A DNA stretch of 46,387 nt, counting the filler, from Jimgerdemannia flammicorona (lineage: Eukaryota), in the NCBI GenBank assembly GCA_003990765.1. It is 2 parts of 2 records of this genome, joined end to end, with 100 filler letters (N's around TTAATTAATTAA, not from the genome) between each part and the next. Parts side by side here need not be neighbours in the genome. Positions count along the whole stretch, not along the records: positions 1 to 23,144 come from RBNJ01001150.1; 1 more part is not named here. One strand, given 5' to 3'. The notes under the pieces are model-generated. The model was not told the DNA's origin and searched no databases. It saw nothing but the letters and a program-made list of their open reading frames with translations. Made by a program: the position numbers and the translations under genes. Positions 11,401 through 23,244 of the stretch are shown here, piece by piece; the stretch's first letter is position 1, and each line of letters begins with the position of its first letter.

Positions 11401-11863
11401 AGTTGTTGTTGTTGTTGAGGTATCAATTCTTCTCCAATGTTGGTGGAAGGCTTCACTGTCTCCTGGGTTGCAGAGGGGTCTTTCCTTTCTTCTGAGACCT
11501 TTTGCCATTTCCCAATGGGTTTAGTTCATAAACTTCCCTATGAGTTCAATTGAAAAAAGGCACTAGATGTCCTATGATTGTTCCTTTTGGCAAGATGATG
11601 GTCTCCCAACTTTGGTTGGTTGCTCGAGAGTGTACTGGGTTTATTTTGTCAGGGAATGTATGTCCCTCTATGTCCAGGTGTGAGATATCTTCCTTAGGTT
11701 CAAAGAAAAGATTTCTGGGGTCAGGTGGTGCAAAGATTTCGAAGGTAGTTTGTTTTCTGGGCTCCAGGATAAGATTCTTATGTAGTCTAACTGGTTGCTG
11801 GTACACTTGCTGGGGAACATTCCTCTTGAGGTGGTTGACTTGAAGGAGATGTATCTCCTTCCT

Positions 11864-12270
11864 GTCTGAGCTTCCAAATCTCTTGGCTTGTCTTGTTCCT
11901 TCAGTTAGTTCAGAGACTTCCTGTAACTGTGGAGTCTTGACCTTCATGAAGACTGCTTGGACAATCTTCTGTCCTCTAATGATTCAGTGCCATTCTGCAC
12001 TGCTGTTGTATAAGATAACCTTGATTTTGCCTGTATATCCTGGGTCAATGGTTCCTCCTTCTACAGTTATCTCTTGTCTGGCAAGTCTGGACCTTGAGGT
12101 CAGTTAAATATAAGCTCCTTGGGGTGGCTGCATGGCTAATCCAGTTCTGATCATGAAGGTTTTTCCAGGCTTGATAGATTCATCCTCCAGATTGTGAAGA
12201 TCATATCCTACATCTTCCAGGTGGGCTTTGGTCAGGGTTTTGGCCTTGGGGTGTAGTAGGGTATACTGGG
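11864..12270 (-). pseudogene. dUTPase domain within Gypsy pol
   Basis: Trimeric dUTPase motifs in order: VGYDL (I), SRSRLA (II), GTIDPGYTGKIKV (III), QKIVQAV (IV), TRQAKRFGSS (V); two in-frame stops. Confidence 0.92.
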
Positions 12271-13603
12271 TAATATCCTTGCTGAGTTCAGACTTTCCTA
12301 AGGCTGAAGCTCCACTAGCAGAGAGCCTCCAGGCTCTGAGATTGAGGTGTGGCCATCTGGCTCCAGTAGAGGGGTCTTGGAGATAGTTGATTCCTCTTCT
12401 TCCTGTAGGGTCTAGGGCTTCCATGAAGTTGGCAGCATCTTCTGCCCATCCTTAGTGGGTTGCATGTCTGATGAGAGCTAGGATATCTTCTTCCAAATCA
12501 TAGATCTTGAGGATTCTTCTTCCTGGCTTCTTAGTCTGGCTTTTTCGAATCTGGCTTTTTCGGATCTGGCTTCAGTTATCTTCTTTCTTCAAAGTGTGCA
12601 CTGCAACATCATGACTGAGGTGAATCTTCTGATGTCTGCAGTCTCAGCAGTCAGGGTGTCTCCCATGGTTGCAATATCCCATTGCCCGAAAATGATGTTC
12701 CCTGCTATTTATCTCTTATTGTCTTGAGAATTGGTACCCATCTTGATCATAGGTTGGGGGAAGGGTAGACAAGGGGTATATTTCTGTTTGGGTGAAGAAG
12801 CCTTGTCTCCTAAATCGACTTTGTAATCTTGTGGTGACTTCTTAAAAGGTGGTGGACTGTACAAGGGTAGTTGGGGGTTCTGGTCTCTGGGGTCTCTGTC
12901 TTTCTTATTGGTTCAACAGATGACACTGATAGCAGTAGTCTTGGGGAGAGTGGAAGACCATTTGATATGGGCATCTTTCTAGCTGGAAAGCTTTCTCTTG
13001 ATGAGTTTCTTTTTTGGGGATAATGGTAATGGTACTGGATCCTTCCTCTGTATTCCAGGGGTTATTGTCTTCAGGTGGTATCCAGCAAGAGTCATCCCAG
13101 GGGATGAGTTCAGGAACTTCTTCTTCATCAGGTACATCTTGTTCAGGAACTTCCTGGTCAGAAGTTTCTTCTTCCTCAGATGATTCTTGACCCCAAATTG
13201 CTTATACTTCTACAGCTTCAGTTGCAGGTGTTTCTGGAACATGTCTGTATTTCTTCTTCTTCCTTCTGCACTCTGGGTAGGCTGTGCCAGGTGATTTCCT
13301 TGTTCCCATGATCTTGGAGGAGTGCTTGAGACACTTGTATCTCTTGAGGCATGTAGGGCATCCTTTGACTTCTCCTGCAATGGCTCCAATAATGATAGAG
13401 ATAGTGTTTTTGGTCCACACATTGTCTTCTGGTCTGTCATCCACCAGATTGATTCGGGGATTGAGTCTGGGATCATTTCCATCTTTAGATTCTTCCTTTT
13501 CTTCTGTGGTGGATTCTTCACTGCTGGCATATTCTTCCTGAATAGTGATTTTTTTCTTCTTCAATTGCTCATAGCTAGTTACCTTAACTCTGTACTTCTT
13601 GCC

Positions 13604-13925
13604 TCAGTAGTCAAACTTGAGTACTTGTTGGCCAATATCAACAACTGCATTCATTTCCTTCATCCAGTTAGTGCCAAGAATCATGTCATAAGTGACAGCT
13701 TCAGTGACAACAGCTTTGGAGATGGAGAACTGAATGTGTCCAAGGGAGATAGTGATATTTTGTACTTCTCCAAGGGGTTGAGTTTGGGCTCCATCTGCTA
13801 CTATGATGCTGAGGTTGGATGGTCTATTGATGGACCATTGGAGGGTGTCCAAGAATCATTTGGCAATGATACAGACAGCTGCTCCTGTGTCTATGAGGAT
13901 TTTTGCTTTTTATCCTCCAATATCT
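13604..13925 (-). pseudogene. Gypsy aspartic protease
   Basis: ILIDTGAAV ... DMILGTNWM. Confidence 0.92.
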
Positions 13926-14399
13926 CCATATAGGTAGGTGCTGACATGTCTTTCAGCTGCTTGAACAGAGATAGGAGCTGGTTCTTACTGTGGGATTGGA
14001 ACTCAGCTAGTGCTAGACCTAGTGGTTTTTAGCAATTTGTTTTGGACTCTAGCTGATATCAGTTGCAAGAACTATAGGAGAGGGACTTCCATCTTGGCTT
14101 CTTGAATCTTCTGCCAGACTTCATTGTAAATATCTCTAGACATGGTCTTCAGAGTGTACTTCTTCTTAGGCTTTGGAGCAGCAGGTTCCTGTTCCTCTTG
14201 TTCCATTTCTTCATCTTCTAGTGGCAACTCATTTGTTTCAGGGACAAAAGGTGAGGGGGTTCAGGGAGGTGTTTCTACTTGTTTCTCCTCATGTTCTTCA
14301 TCCTCTTCTTGGATAATTCTTCTGCTGATGTTCCTGGATGGTCTTCCTATGGGTCTCTTTCTTTTCTTTGCTGGATAGACTGTTTTCCAAGTTGTAACC

Positions 14400-15950
14400 C
14401 TAGTGGGGTACAAGTCTAGGTTACTGTAGTCTTCACTGTCACTTGCTTCTTTGAAATCTTCAACAGGATGGGCTTCAGTCTTCTTGTACTGAGTGTCATT
14501 CCTTCAGTTTGGTGGTTCTGAGTCCCTTTGGTCACTTCTTTTATTGTCACATTTGGTGGCATAGTGTCTGAATTGTCCACAGTAGAAGCATTGGACTTGG
14601 GCTCTGTCTCAGACAGGGTACCTTCTTTCTTTTTGCTGGTAATTTCTGTTATCTCTTGGTAGATAACCTTGGCTCCTCTGTGGTGGGTACCCTCTGTTGT
14701 TTTGGTAGTCCCAATTTTCACATGTGGTGAGTTTTTCAATCTGTCCAACTAATTGGTCTAACTTGGAGCTGAGGTCTTGAATTTTACTTCTGTCCTTCTT
14801 TCCTTTCTTGGCTGGCCTTCTTTCTTCAGATCTTTCTTGTCCTTGAAGGAGTCCTTGCAGGGCTTTGACCAGGATATCTTCTTTGTCTTCCTTCTTATCA
14901 TGATCACTCCAGGTAGTTCCTTGCCTGACATCAAAGAATCCTTGGGCTGCATCTACTTGCTCTTCAGACCTTCTGATGCCTAGGGTATGGATATGCTGGG
15001 CAATATTCAGGGGAATTCCATTCATGAAGGTCATTGGACCTATGATGTCTTGGTTGGAGGCATTGAACCCAGCAGAATACATTCTCTTCTGGATTCTGGT
15101 GAAGAAGGCTCTGGGTGATTCTCCAAGATTCATCTTCATTCCCATGATGGATTCCTGAGCCTTGTGGTGGGTTTTGTTTCCTGCATATTTTTCAATGAGC
15201 CAGTGGACCATGGCTTCATATTCTAGCTCATCAGACATTGCTGCTTATATCTGTCTTGCTAGTTCTGAATCTCAGTTGTTTACTGTCTGATGGAAAATTC
15301 CTCTGGCTGGTTCTCTGAGCTGAGCTTTGTAGATGGCAATTTTTCTTTCATCTAAGAGATTTCTCAAGGCTTCAATTCCTTCAATTCCATCAAGAAATTC
15401 TCTGGGATCTTCCTCTGGGTATCCTGCAAAGGTTGGCAATGAGGTGGCCATTTCATCATCACTTTCTTCTGATTCTGGTTCAAGTTCAGATTCTGATTCT
15501 GATTCACTTTCTGAACTGTCACTAGAGACAGGAGTGCTTGGGTATCTTGAAGATGGTGTTCTGGTCCTTGGGTGTGGTGGAATAGGCCTAGGTATTCTTG
15601 TAGAGGCTACTTCTGGTTCTGCAAGGGGTTGTGGTAGGGGTTCTATTGATGAGATTGGTGGGACTGGTGTGGGGTATCTGGCTGTAAAGTATTGGGTCCA
15701 TGTGATAAGGTCTTCTAGTTCTTGTATGAGTTCTCCAAAATCTCTAGCAGAGCTGCCTGTATTGTCTGGTTGATCTGGTTGGTCTGGTTGGAGATTTCGG
15801 GCTGTACTGCCTCCTACTTCTGGTTGGGATCCTTCTGATGCTGGGTAGTTGGCAAGTCTTGAGGTGATTACTTCTCTTCCTGTCCAAATACTAGTGATGA
15901 CTGGTTCTTCTGTAGTGGCAGAGGTTGGTATTGTATCAAATATATCCAGT
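14400..15950 (-). pseudogene. Gypsy gag
   Basis: LPTFAGYPEEDPREFL, GESPRAFFTRI, and CCHC knuckle CFYCGQFRHYATKC at ~14550-14591; boundaries approximate. Confidence 0.85.
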
Positions 15951-15998
15951 TTGACTGTAGGTTCTTGTGAGCTGAAAAGTCATGTCAATTTTGAAATC

Positions 15999-16016
15999 TT
16001 CCCAGTTGAGCCCCCA
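15999..16016 (-). promoter_or_regulatory. primer-binding site, tRNA-Pro-like
   Basis: TGGGGGCTCAACTGGGAA two nt after the 5' LTR end; resembles the tRNA-Pro PBS TGGGGGCTCGTCCGGGAT of gammaretroviruses. Confidence 0.7.
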
Positions 16017-16018
16017 AA

Positions 16019-17432
16019 TGTAATGTGCCCAGCTCTAGAGGCAAATTATAAGGTTAGGGGTTGATGTAGTTTGGCTTGAGCCCCTAGTTACTTTGTCAAA
16101 AAGCAACAAAATGTTCTAAGATTTCTGAGGTCCTTAGTGTTTAGTGGTATAATAGTCAAAGCTGGATATCTGCAAGCGATTTCCTTATTGGGACTGTTCT
16201 CTGAGTGTAGTGGCAATTTGCATAAACAGGTTTCCTTCTTGGGTTAACTGGGAATGGTAGAATTTTGTGTAGCGAGGCAATTTCCAAAAGTATACAATTT
16301 CTGACATAATGATCTCTTATGTAGTGTGACGATCTCCTTGTGCATAATGGTCTGGCAATTTAACGGTTTCCTTCTTTAGCAGCAGTGATCTCAAAAGTAT
16401 GTGATTTCTGGGTGATGGCAGATAACTCGATTTGGGTGCAAGTTTACTGGGAATTGTACTAGCAGTGGAGAACTTAATAACTTGGGTTCACTGAGAACAA
16501 TGAATAATTTGGAGGTCGTGGATTCTTCCTGAATTGGCAGGCTTCTGGGAATAATAACTCGGATGGCACAGATCAGGTTCTTCTGGGAATGCGGATAATC
16601 TGAAAATGGTGACTTCAACTGGGAATATAGTGGATAACTTGAAAACAGCAGATAATGTGGATTCTCCTGAATCAGCAGACTTCTTAAAAAAGGTGGCTTC
16701 AACTGAGAATAACTCAGATGGTATAAGTTCTTCCAGATCGGGCTCTTCTGGGAATACAAACAACTGGTGACATTTTTTTAAAAAGGGTCTCTTGGCAAAG
16801 TTACGTCAAAGACTGGCTTCATTTGTATGGGGTTATGTCATAGACTGGCTCCACTGCAAAGTTGTGTCAGAAACTGGCTTGAGCAAGGTGGCTTTCTTGA
16901 GAAGGTGGAGGATAACTTGGAAACGGCAGCTTATTCCTTAAGCAGTAAGTTACTCAAAAGGCAGTAAAGTTCTCCTTGAACTTAGATGGCAAATCTTCAG
17001 GCTTATCTGGCAAGCAAACCAAAAATGAACTCATTCTTTGTATTGGAAAGTGGACCAGAGTGGAAAGGGGAAATAAGCTCACAATATCCTAACAGTGGCT
17101 GTAGAGTTCCTCTCGAAGTGTGGTAGGCAGACTTGTCTTTTGCTTCAATTTTGGACTTTTCGGACTGAGGTTTATTCACTCTTATCTCTGGGGTAATTTA
17201 TATAAGTTGATTGCTATCTGGTTACTATGTGGCTAACTATAGATCTGCTACTTATGGCAGGTGTACAGAGTCTGTATAGGTAAACAGACCCTTTCTGATA
17301 TATCTGGCTATTTATACAGTTTTCCGCAGCAATGGTTGCTAGTTACTATGCTGTATGTTCACATCATCTTATCTAATTGTTCACATCATCTGGTTAAGAT
17401 ATAATTCAGGTGGTACATTTTGGTTTGTCACA
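16019..17432 (-). repeat. 5' LTR (1414 bp, TG...CA)
   Basis: TGTAATG...TGTCACA; direct repeat of the split left LTR. Confidence 0.95.
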
Positions 17433-17502
17433 ATATTATAGTGATAGATAATAATTAATCAGAGCTTTGAAATTATTTCTCTAAAACTATCTTTACTGAC
17501 AT

Positions 17503-17569
<67 letters not shown>

Positions 17570-17629
17570 TGTCCCTTGGACTCCGTCTTTATTACCAGTC
17601 TATGAATAAGTATACAATATCCCCACCCA

Positions 17630-20600
17630 CTAACCGATCTCCATCGGGGGGCCCCACCCTACCTCTTCACATATAAAGACCACCCTCTCACCAATAACTC
17701 CAACTCTCCCACCACTCTGACCACAGATTTTCACCATCAAGTGGCGCCTCCGACCTCCCTGCAGCCCCCAACCACACCACCAGCCTGTCAAGGTATCCTC
17801 CATAAGGAACTGCCATCTTGCTAACTGGCTCCCCAAGCTCTGTCGCTCCCCCTCCTCAAATACAAATAGCCAGTGGCCAGCCAGCCCAACCCAAATAGCC
17901 AATGCCCAGCCTAGCATAATCCACTCCTCCCCTACCCCTCCTATCAATCGATCCCTCAGGTCCTCCCACCTCCCCCATACATCATCACCCCTATGCCTTA
18001 CTCCCAAGCGGTCCCCAATGGCCTGCCAAAAGTCTCCCAACACCCCACACTCCCCTAGCCAATGTTCTGGCATCTGTACTAATCCCCCTTCCTGCCCTAC
18101 ATTATGGCACTCCTCGCAGTCAAAGCAGCCCCTGACAACAAGGTGTCCTGAGCAGAAGTTAAGTATCACATTTCTCCTCAGCACACACCACCAGACTATC
18201 CAGTACTTCAGCAGCATCCAATTTTTCACTGCAGCACTCCAGGTCCAAACCCCATGCCAGTCCCACTCCTCACCAATTCCAACTCCTTGCCAACCACTAG
18301 GCCACAGATCCTGGCCCAGTCCCCTTTGGCATTCGATGCCATCATGAATGTTGAACTTCAGTAAAGGCATGTCTCCCAGAAGAATGCTATCCCATCTCCA
18401 CATCGCCGGGCCCCAAGCCCTCTCTCCCTCATCCCCTTGCCAGCGAATACCAATGCGGTGTACCCCCTCGGCTATACCCCACCAGAAGCCTTTATATCTC
18501 AGTTGTGCAGTGTTCTGAAGCCCAACTAATGAAAGAAGATCACCAGTCAAGCCTCTAGGTGATATCCTTCTCTCCCATATCTTCTGCAGCAAGGGGACAC
18601 AGCTCCCTCCATGCAACTCCACCGCCCTCCTCAGCCACCAAGCCCGCAAGCAGTGTAGTCTCTTGGGGAAGTCCACCAGCCCAAGACCACCTCTTGTCAC
18701 CGGTAGGGACAGAGTCTCCCAACCAATCTGACTCCATCTACCAGCCCAAATCCATCCTTTGGCCACCTTCACTAATCTCTTCACCACCCAGGCTGGGAAG
18801 TCCAGATAATAGGCCAAATATCACAGCTTCAGCAGCCAGTAAACATTCAAAATCGAGATCCTTCCTGCCAGAGAGAAGTGTCTACCCCCCCAACCCCGCA
18901 GGTCCTCCTCCCAAATTCCAATCCTCTGCTCCCACCACAGCCTGGGCAAAACAGACCCATAGACCGACAAATAGATGCCCAAGTACCGCACTGTCTCTCC
19001 GGTGGGGACAATTGTTCCAATAACTTCTCCGCCCACCAAGCCATTGCCCAGCACCATTGTTTCACACTTGTGCCAATTCAGCTTTGTCCCAGAGTTCGCC
19101 TCATACCACTCCACTGTCTTCTGGAGCTCCTCAACATCTGCAGTCACTCCCAAACCAACCACTATGTCATCTGCAAAGGCTCCAACCTTCCAGCCAACTC
19201 CATAGATAGAGAGCCCCACAATTCTCTGCCGAATCCTGTCCATGAGAGGTTCCAAGGAAAGAGTATATAAAATGGGGGACAGTGGGTCCCCCTGGGGCAC
19301 TCCCCTACCCAGAGGGAAAGCCACCCCTCGATGCCCATTGCACACGAGTGTAGCCCTACTCCTTTCCAGTAGGCTGACCATCGCTGACTGAAATGGGGCC
19401 GGAACTCCAATTCTATCTAATACTTTCACCAGCCAGACTCGCCGCACCCGGTCATAAGCCTTCTTCTGATCCAAGAAGACAAGATGCCCATCCAGTCCAC
19501 AGGTTCGAGCACCTTCAATAACTCCATGTACCCAGGCCATGCCATCTCTAATGAGCCGACCCCCTATAAAGCCCCTCTGTTCAATACCCACAATTTGCTG
19601 GGCCACTTTCTGTAGCCTTGTGACCACCACCTTAGTCACCAACTTCCTGTCCATATCTAGCAACATTATCGGCCGCCAGTTCTTCCAATCCTCTTGCCTT
19701 CCCTTGTTCTTATAAAGCAGCATCACCAGCCCAAGGTCTTGCTCCCCCACCCATCTCCCTGACTGCAATATAGAGTCACACAGTACTGTCAACTCCCCCA
19801 ATATGCCCGGGACTCCAACCATTCGCTTCCAGAAATCCCAGGGGAGGCCATCCTCCCCAGGCGCCATGCCCAAGGCTGTCGCGGCAAGAACCTGGTGGAT
19901 CTCGTCCTCCTTTACAGGCATCACCAGGTCACCTAGTCCCTCAGCTTGTGGTGGGTGCCAATCTTCTAATGTTTGGTCAATGGCTGTAGCATCTGCCCCA
20001 CCCTCCTCCTCACTCCACAATCCACTCCATCGCACCTTCAGCGTTCCAAGGATGTCCTGTACACCATGCACTAGTATATCATCCAAGTCAAGTACCCCTT
20101 CCCACTGCTGCTGTACCCTTCTTGCTCAAAGTGTCCTTGTGAGAAACTTGGAAGGCCTTTCCCCTTCCTCCACCCCCTGCCAACGAAGCCATGCCACCAG
20201 GCCTTGCACCCTTGACTCTTCCTCTTCCCGCAGCACCTGTTGCAGTTCCCCAACCTCCATCCTCACCCTCGTTATTCTCCAATCCTCTTCTCCCTCCACT
20301 GCAGCCAGTCTCGCCCACTCCTCCAGGAGCCTAGCCAATCTAGTAGAAGCCCAATGCACTTTCTGCCTTCGCTGCTTCCCAGCCACTCTGCCAACCTTGC
20401 TCCAATACATCCTGGCCATCTCTTTCATCCTCATCCACCGAACCCCAATTGCAGCCCCTTCCTGCCACCAATTCGCCACCTTCAGCTGAATGTCTTTCGC
20501 CCACTCCTCCCACTGGACCTCATCATCCAACAAGGAGGAATTCAGGTGCCAATGTCCAGGCCCATCTCCACTTCCCCCAAAACACCCCTGTCCCAAGAGG

Positions 20601-21286
20601 CCCCAGTGATCTGACCATGGACACCATTCTACCTCTAACACCTTCCAGACATCGTGGCCCCAACAGTCAGCCATCAGAATCCAGTCAATCCTTGTCCCCA
20701 GACCTCCAGCCCAATGCGTATATACTCTCCTATCCCCCCAGTGCTCCCTACCAGTATCCACCAGTGCTCCTAGCCTTTCAACCTCCTCCCACATCGCTAA
20801 CCCCCCACTCCTGCTCTCCGCACCCTGTCCTCCATCAGTTCTATCCAACCGGACATCTCGAACCATATTGAAATCTCCTCCAAGCATATCCAACCCAGCT
20901 TCAGCAAGGATCCCACTCTCCAGGAGCCCTTTCACCCAATCCACATACTCCCCCTGCACCACAGGGCAGTAACAGGAGCCAACTGTGACTGGCTCCCAAC
21001 CTGCTCGAATCCACTCACCCCAGACCAGTCTCTCCCCCCAGCTCCTCACATCCTTTATCTCCCCTCTGCCTTTCCAAACCAGAATCCCAACCTTGCTGTT
21101 CTAAATCGCCACACCACCCCATTCCTTAGTCCATTCCATCCTATCAGTGTCATCCTCGCACCTGACATCCTGCAAGAGGAAGAGATTGGCCTCCAATCCC
21201 TTCAACCAAAGAAAAATGTTCCTGCATCTAACTGCGCTCCTTAGCCCATTCATGTTCAAAGAAAAAATATTGGTTGTACTATTCAT
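17630..21286 (-). pseudogene. LINE ORF2 (APE endonuclease, RT, C-terminal Cys/His motif)
   Basis: FSLNMNGL, GGDFN, RIDW, SDH; APGEDGLP, NWRPI, GVPQGDPLSP, FADD, YLG; CFDC..EHWLGEC; three in-frame stops. Confidence 0.95.
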
Positions 21287-21317
21287 AATAAAATTATGGT
21301 TGGTTCTCAATCAATCC

Positions 21318-23144
21318 CTACTGCTCCATGCCCCACTCCTCCTGTGCCGTGTCCAGATTATGTTCAGCCATCACCTCCTCCTCTTCAGCCCTCTGAGCCT
21401 CCAGTCCAGCCAACAGCTCATTCATCTCCTCATCAGCCTTCTCCTCAAACTCCTCTCAGTACTCGATGCAAGCCTCCTGCCAAAGCTGCAACCCATGACG
21501 CCTGTTCTAACAGTACTCAGCCTTCTCCCCAGCAACCACCGCCAACTCTGCCTCCCTCTCCTTATCCACCTCATACCCTTCCTCCTCCAGATACACCATG
21601 AGAATCTCCACCTTCAGTGCCATCGCCACTCCTTCCCCCTGCAAAATTCTCATCCAGTACTCATCACCTATCCCACGCAAGTCCACCTCCCCCAGCTCTT
21701 CTGCCACCAGGTTATTCATCATCCGGCACATCCAAAGTAGGTTCCCCACCTCCTTTCCACCAGGGGTTGCCGGCCTCCCTCCATCCAGCATCGTGGTGTC
21801 TGCTCCCACACTCGCGTCCTCATCCCACACCTCCGGGACATCCACCAGTTCCTCCTCCCCTGCCACCACTACTTGGTCCCCATCCAACACCTCCGGAACG
21901 CTGAATTTCACCTGCTGGGTTCCCAGCATCGTCACATCCTCCCCAGGCTTATTCCTGGAAGCCGGGCCCCACCTGATTAGAGGGGAAGGGGTGGGGGAGT
22001 TCTCCCAGCCGTCATCCCAAATCTCCAAGGTGCTGTCAGTATATAGGTCTCTAATCTTCACCTCCTTAGCCTTCCCTGACCCTGCCCCTTCATTCCCACT
22101 CCTCTCACCAGCCCAGACACTCGCTCCGGCCCCTTCTGTACCTGTCTTCATGCTTGCATCCTTCTGTTGTCCACCCCCCAGCTTAGCCAGCAAATCCTTC
22201 TGCCTCTTCCGCCCCTGAGCCCTTTCCCACTGCACCTTGTCCACTCGAATCCTCTTTCCATCCACCACCTCCAGGAGCATCGACTCCTCGAAAGTCTTCC
22301 AGGCCTTAGCTTGCCATTCCACAGCCCCATCCAGCTCCTCCAGCGCTTTCAATAAATCTTCCTCCTCTTCTTCACTTCCTTTCACCTGCGTCACCTTGCA
22401 CAGGAAAGCCCCCCAGACCAACACCGAAGGCCAGTCCCTCGTTTTCCCAGTAGCCTCTTTCCCAGCCAGCTGAATCCTCACATCCACATCCCCAGTCCTG
22501 AGTGTGGTCTCTTCCCAGACCCTGAATCTGATATCCACTACCTCTCTATACTCCGCCATGATATCCTCCACTCTCTTCCTCATCTCCATTGCCATCACCA
22601 TGGGTACTCCTTTCACCAGCAGTTGGACCACCCTCGGATCCCATTTCAAACACCTCGCCATTGGAACGTACACCTCCCCAACCACTAACCCAACCTTCAG
22701 TGCCTCCTCCAGCGGTTCCACCTCCTCAAATCCCACCTCCACCCCCTCCAGTCTCTTCAGAAACTTCACCGAAGCTGCTCCCGCCACCTGCTTAGTGATA
22801 AGCCCCAACACCATTTTTGCTGTCACTGCTAAGCCCCGGAAGCACAGCATGACTGCGAATGCCGAGATCGACTTCTTGAGTAATGGGGCCACCGCCAGTC
22901 CCGTTATACCATCCGCCAGATCCCTGGGCCTCATGCCCTTCCCACAGCTTGGCTCACCATCAGCAGTCCCATCTAGATTTTTTTTTCAGATCACCCATCA
23001 CACCCCCATCAGCAGTCCTCGCCCCAGCCGCTACCCCCCCAGCTCCACTCCTATGGCCCTCCAGAGAGGTACCCCCAAGAGGTTGCTGCCTGGAAGCCGT
23101 CACCAGTACCTTCCCCCCTCTCAGCCAGCTCTCCAGTCCTGCTC
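21318..23144 (-). pseudogene. LINE ORF1 (partial)
   Basis: Homologous to 40602-42631; RRM-like LLVKGVP..Y(G/R)EVVDI segment; acidic C-terminus. Confidence 0.85.
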
Positions 23145-23244
23145 NNNNNNNNNNNNNNNNNNNNNNNNNNNNNNNNNNNNNNNNNNNNTTAATTAATTAA
23201 NNNNNNNNNNNNNNNNNNNNNNNNNNNNNNNNNNNNNNNNNNNN
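23145..23244. other. artificial 100-nt linker (N44-TTAATTAATTAA-N44)
   Basis: Six-frame stop spacer flanked by Ns; splits the window into 23144- and 23143-nt halves. Confidence 0.95.

Larger units (their letters stand above)
1245..17432 (-). mobile_element. full-length decayed Ty3/Gypsy LTR retrotransposon (gag-PR-dUTPase-RT-RH-IN)
   Basis: Two ~1.4-kb direct LTRs, TSD ATAT (1241-1244 / 17433-17436), PBS and PPT, and Gypsy domain order on the minus strand. Confidence 0.95.
17505..23144 (-). mobile_element. L1/Tx1-like LINE, copy 1 (5' end cut by the linker)
   Basis: Poly(T) 17505-17567, AATAAA (minus, 17588-17593), ORF1 + APE-RT ORF2. Confidence 0.95.

Noticed and set aside
18018..23200. 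Many Pro/Ser-rich ORFs antisense to the LINE (also 40810-45930)
   Set aside because: By-product of the G-rich sense strand lacking antisense stops; no domains recognisable.
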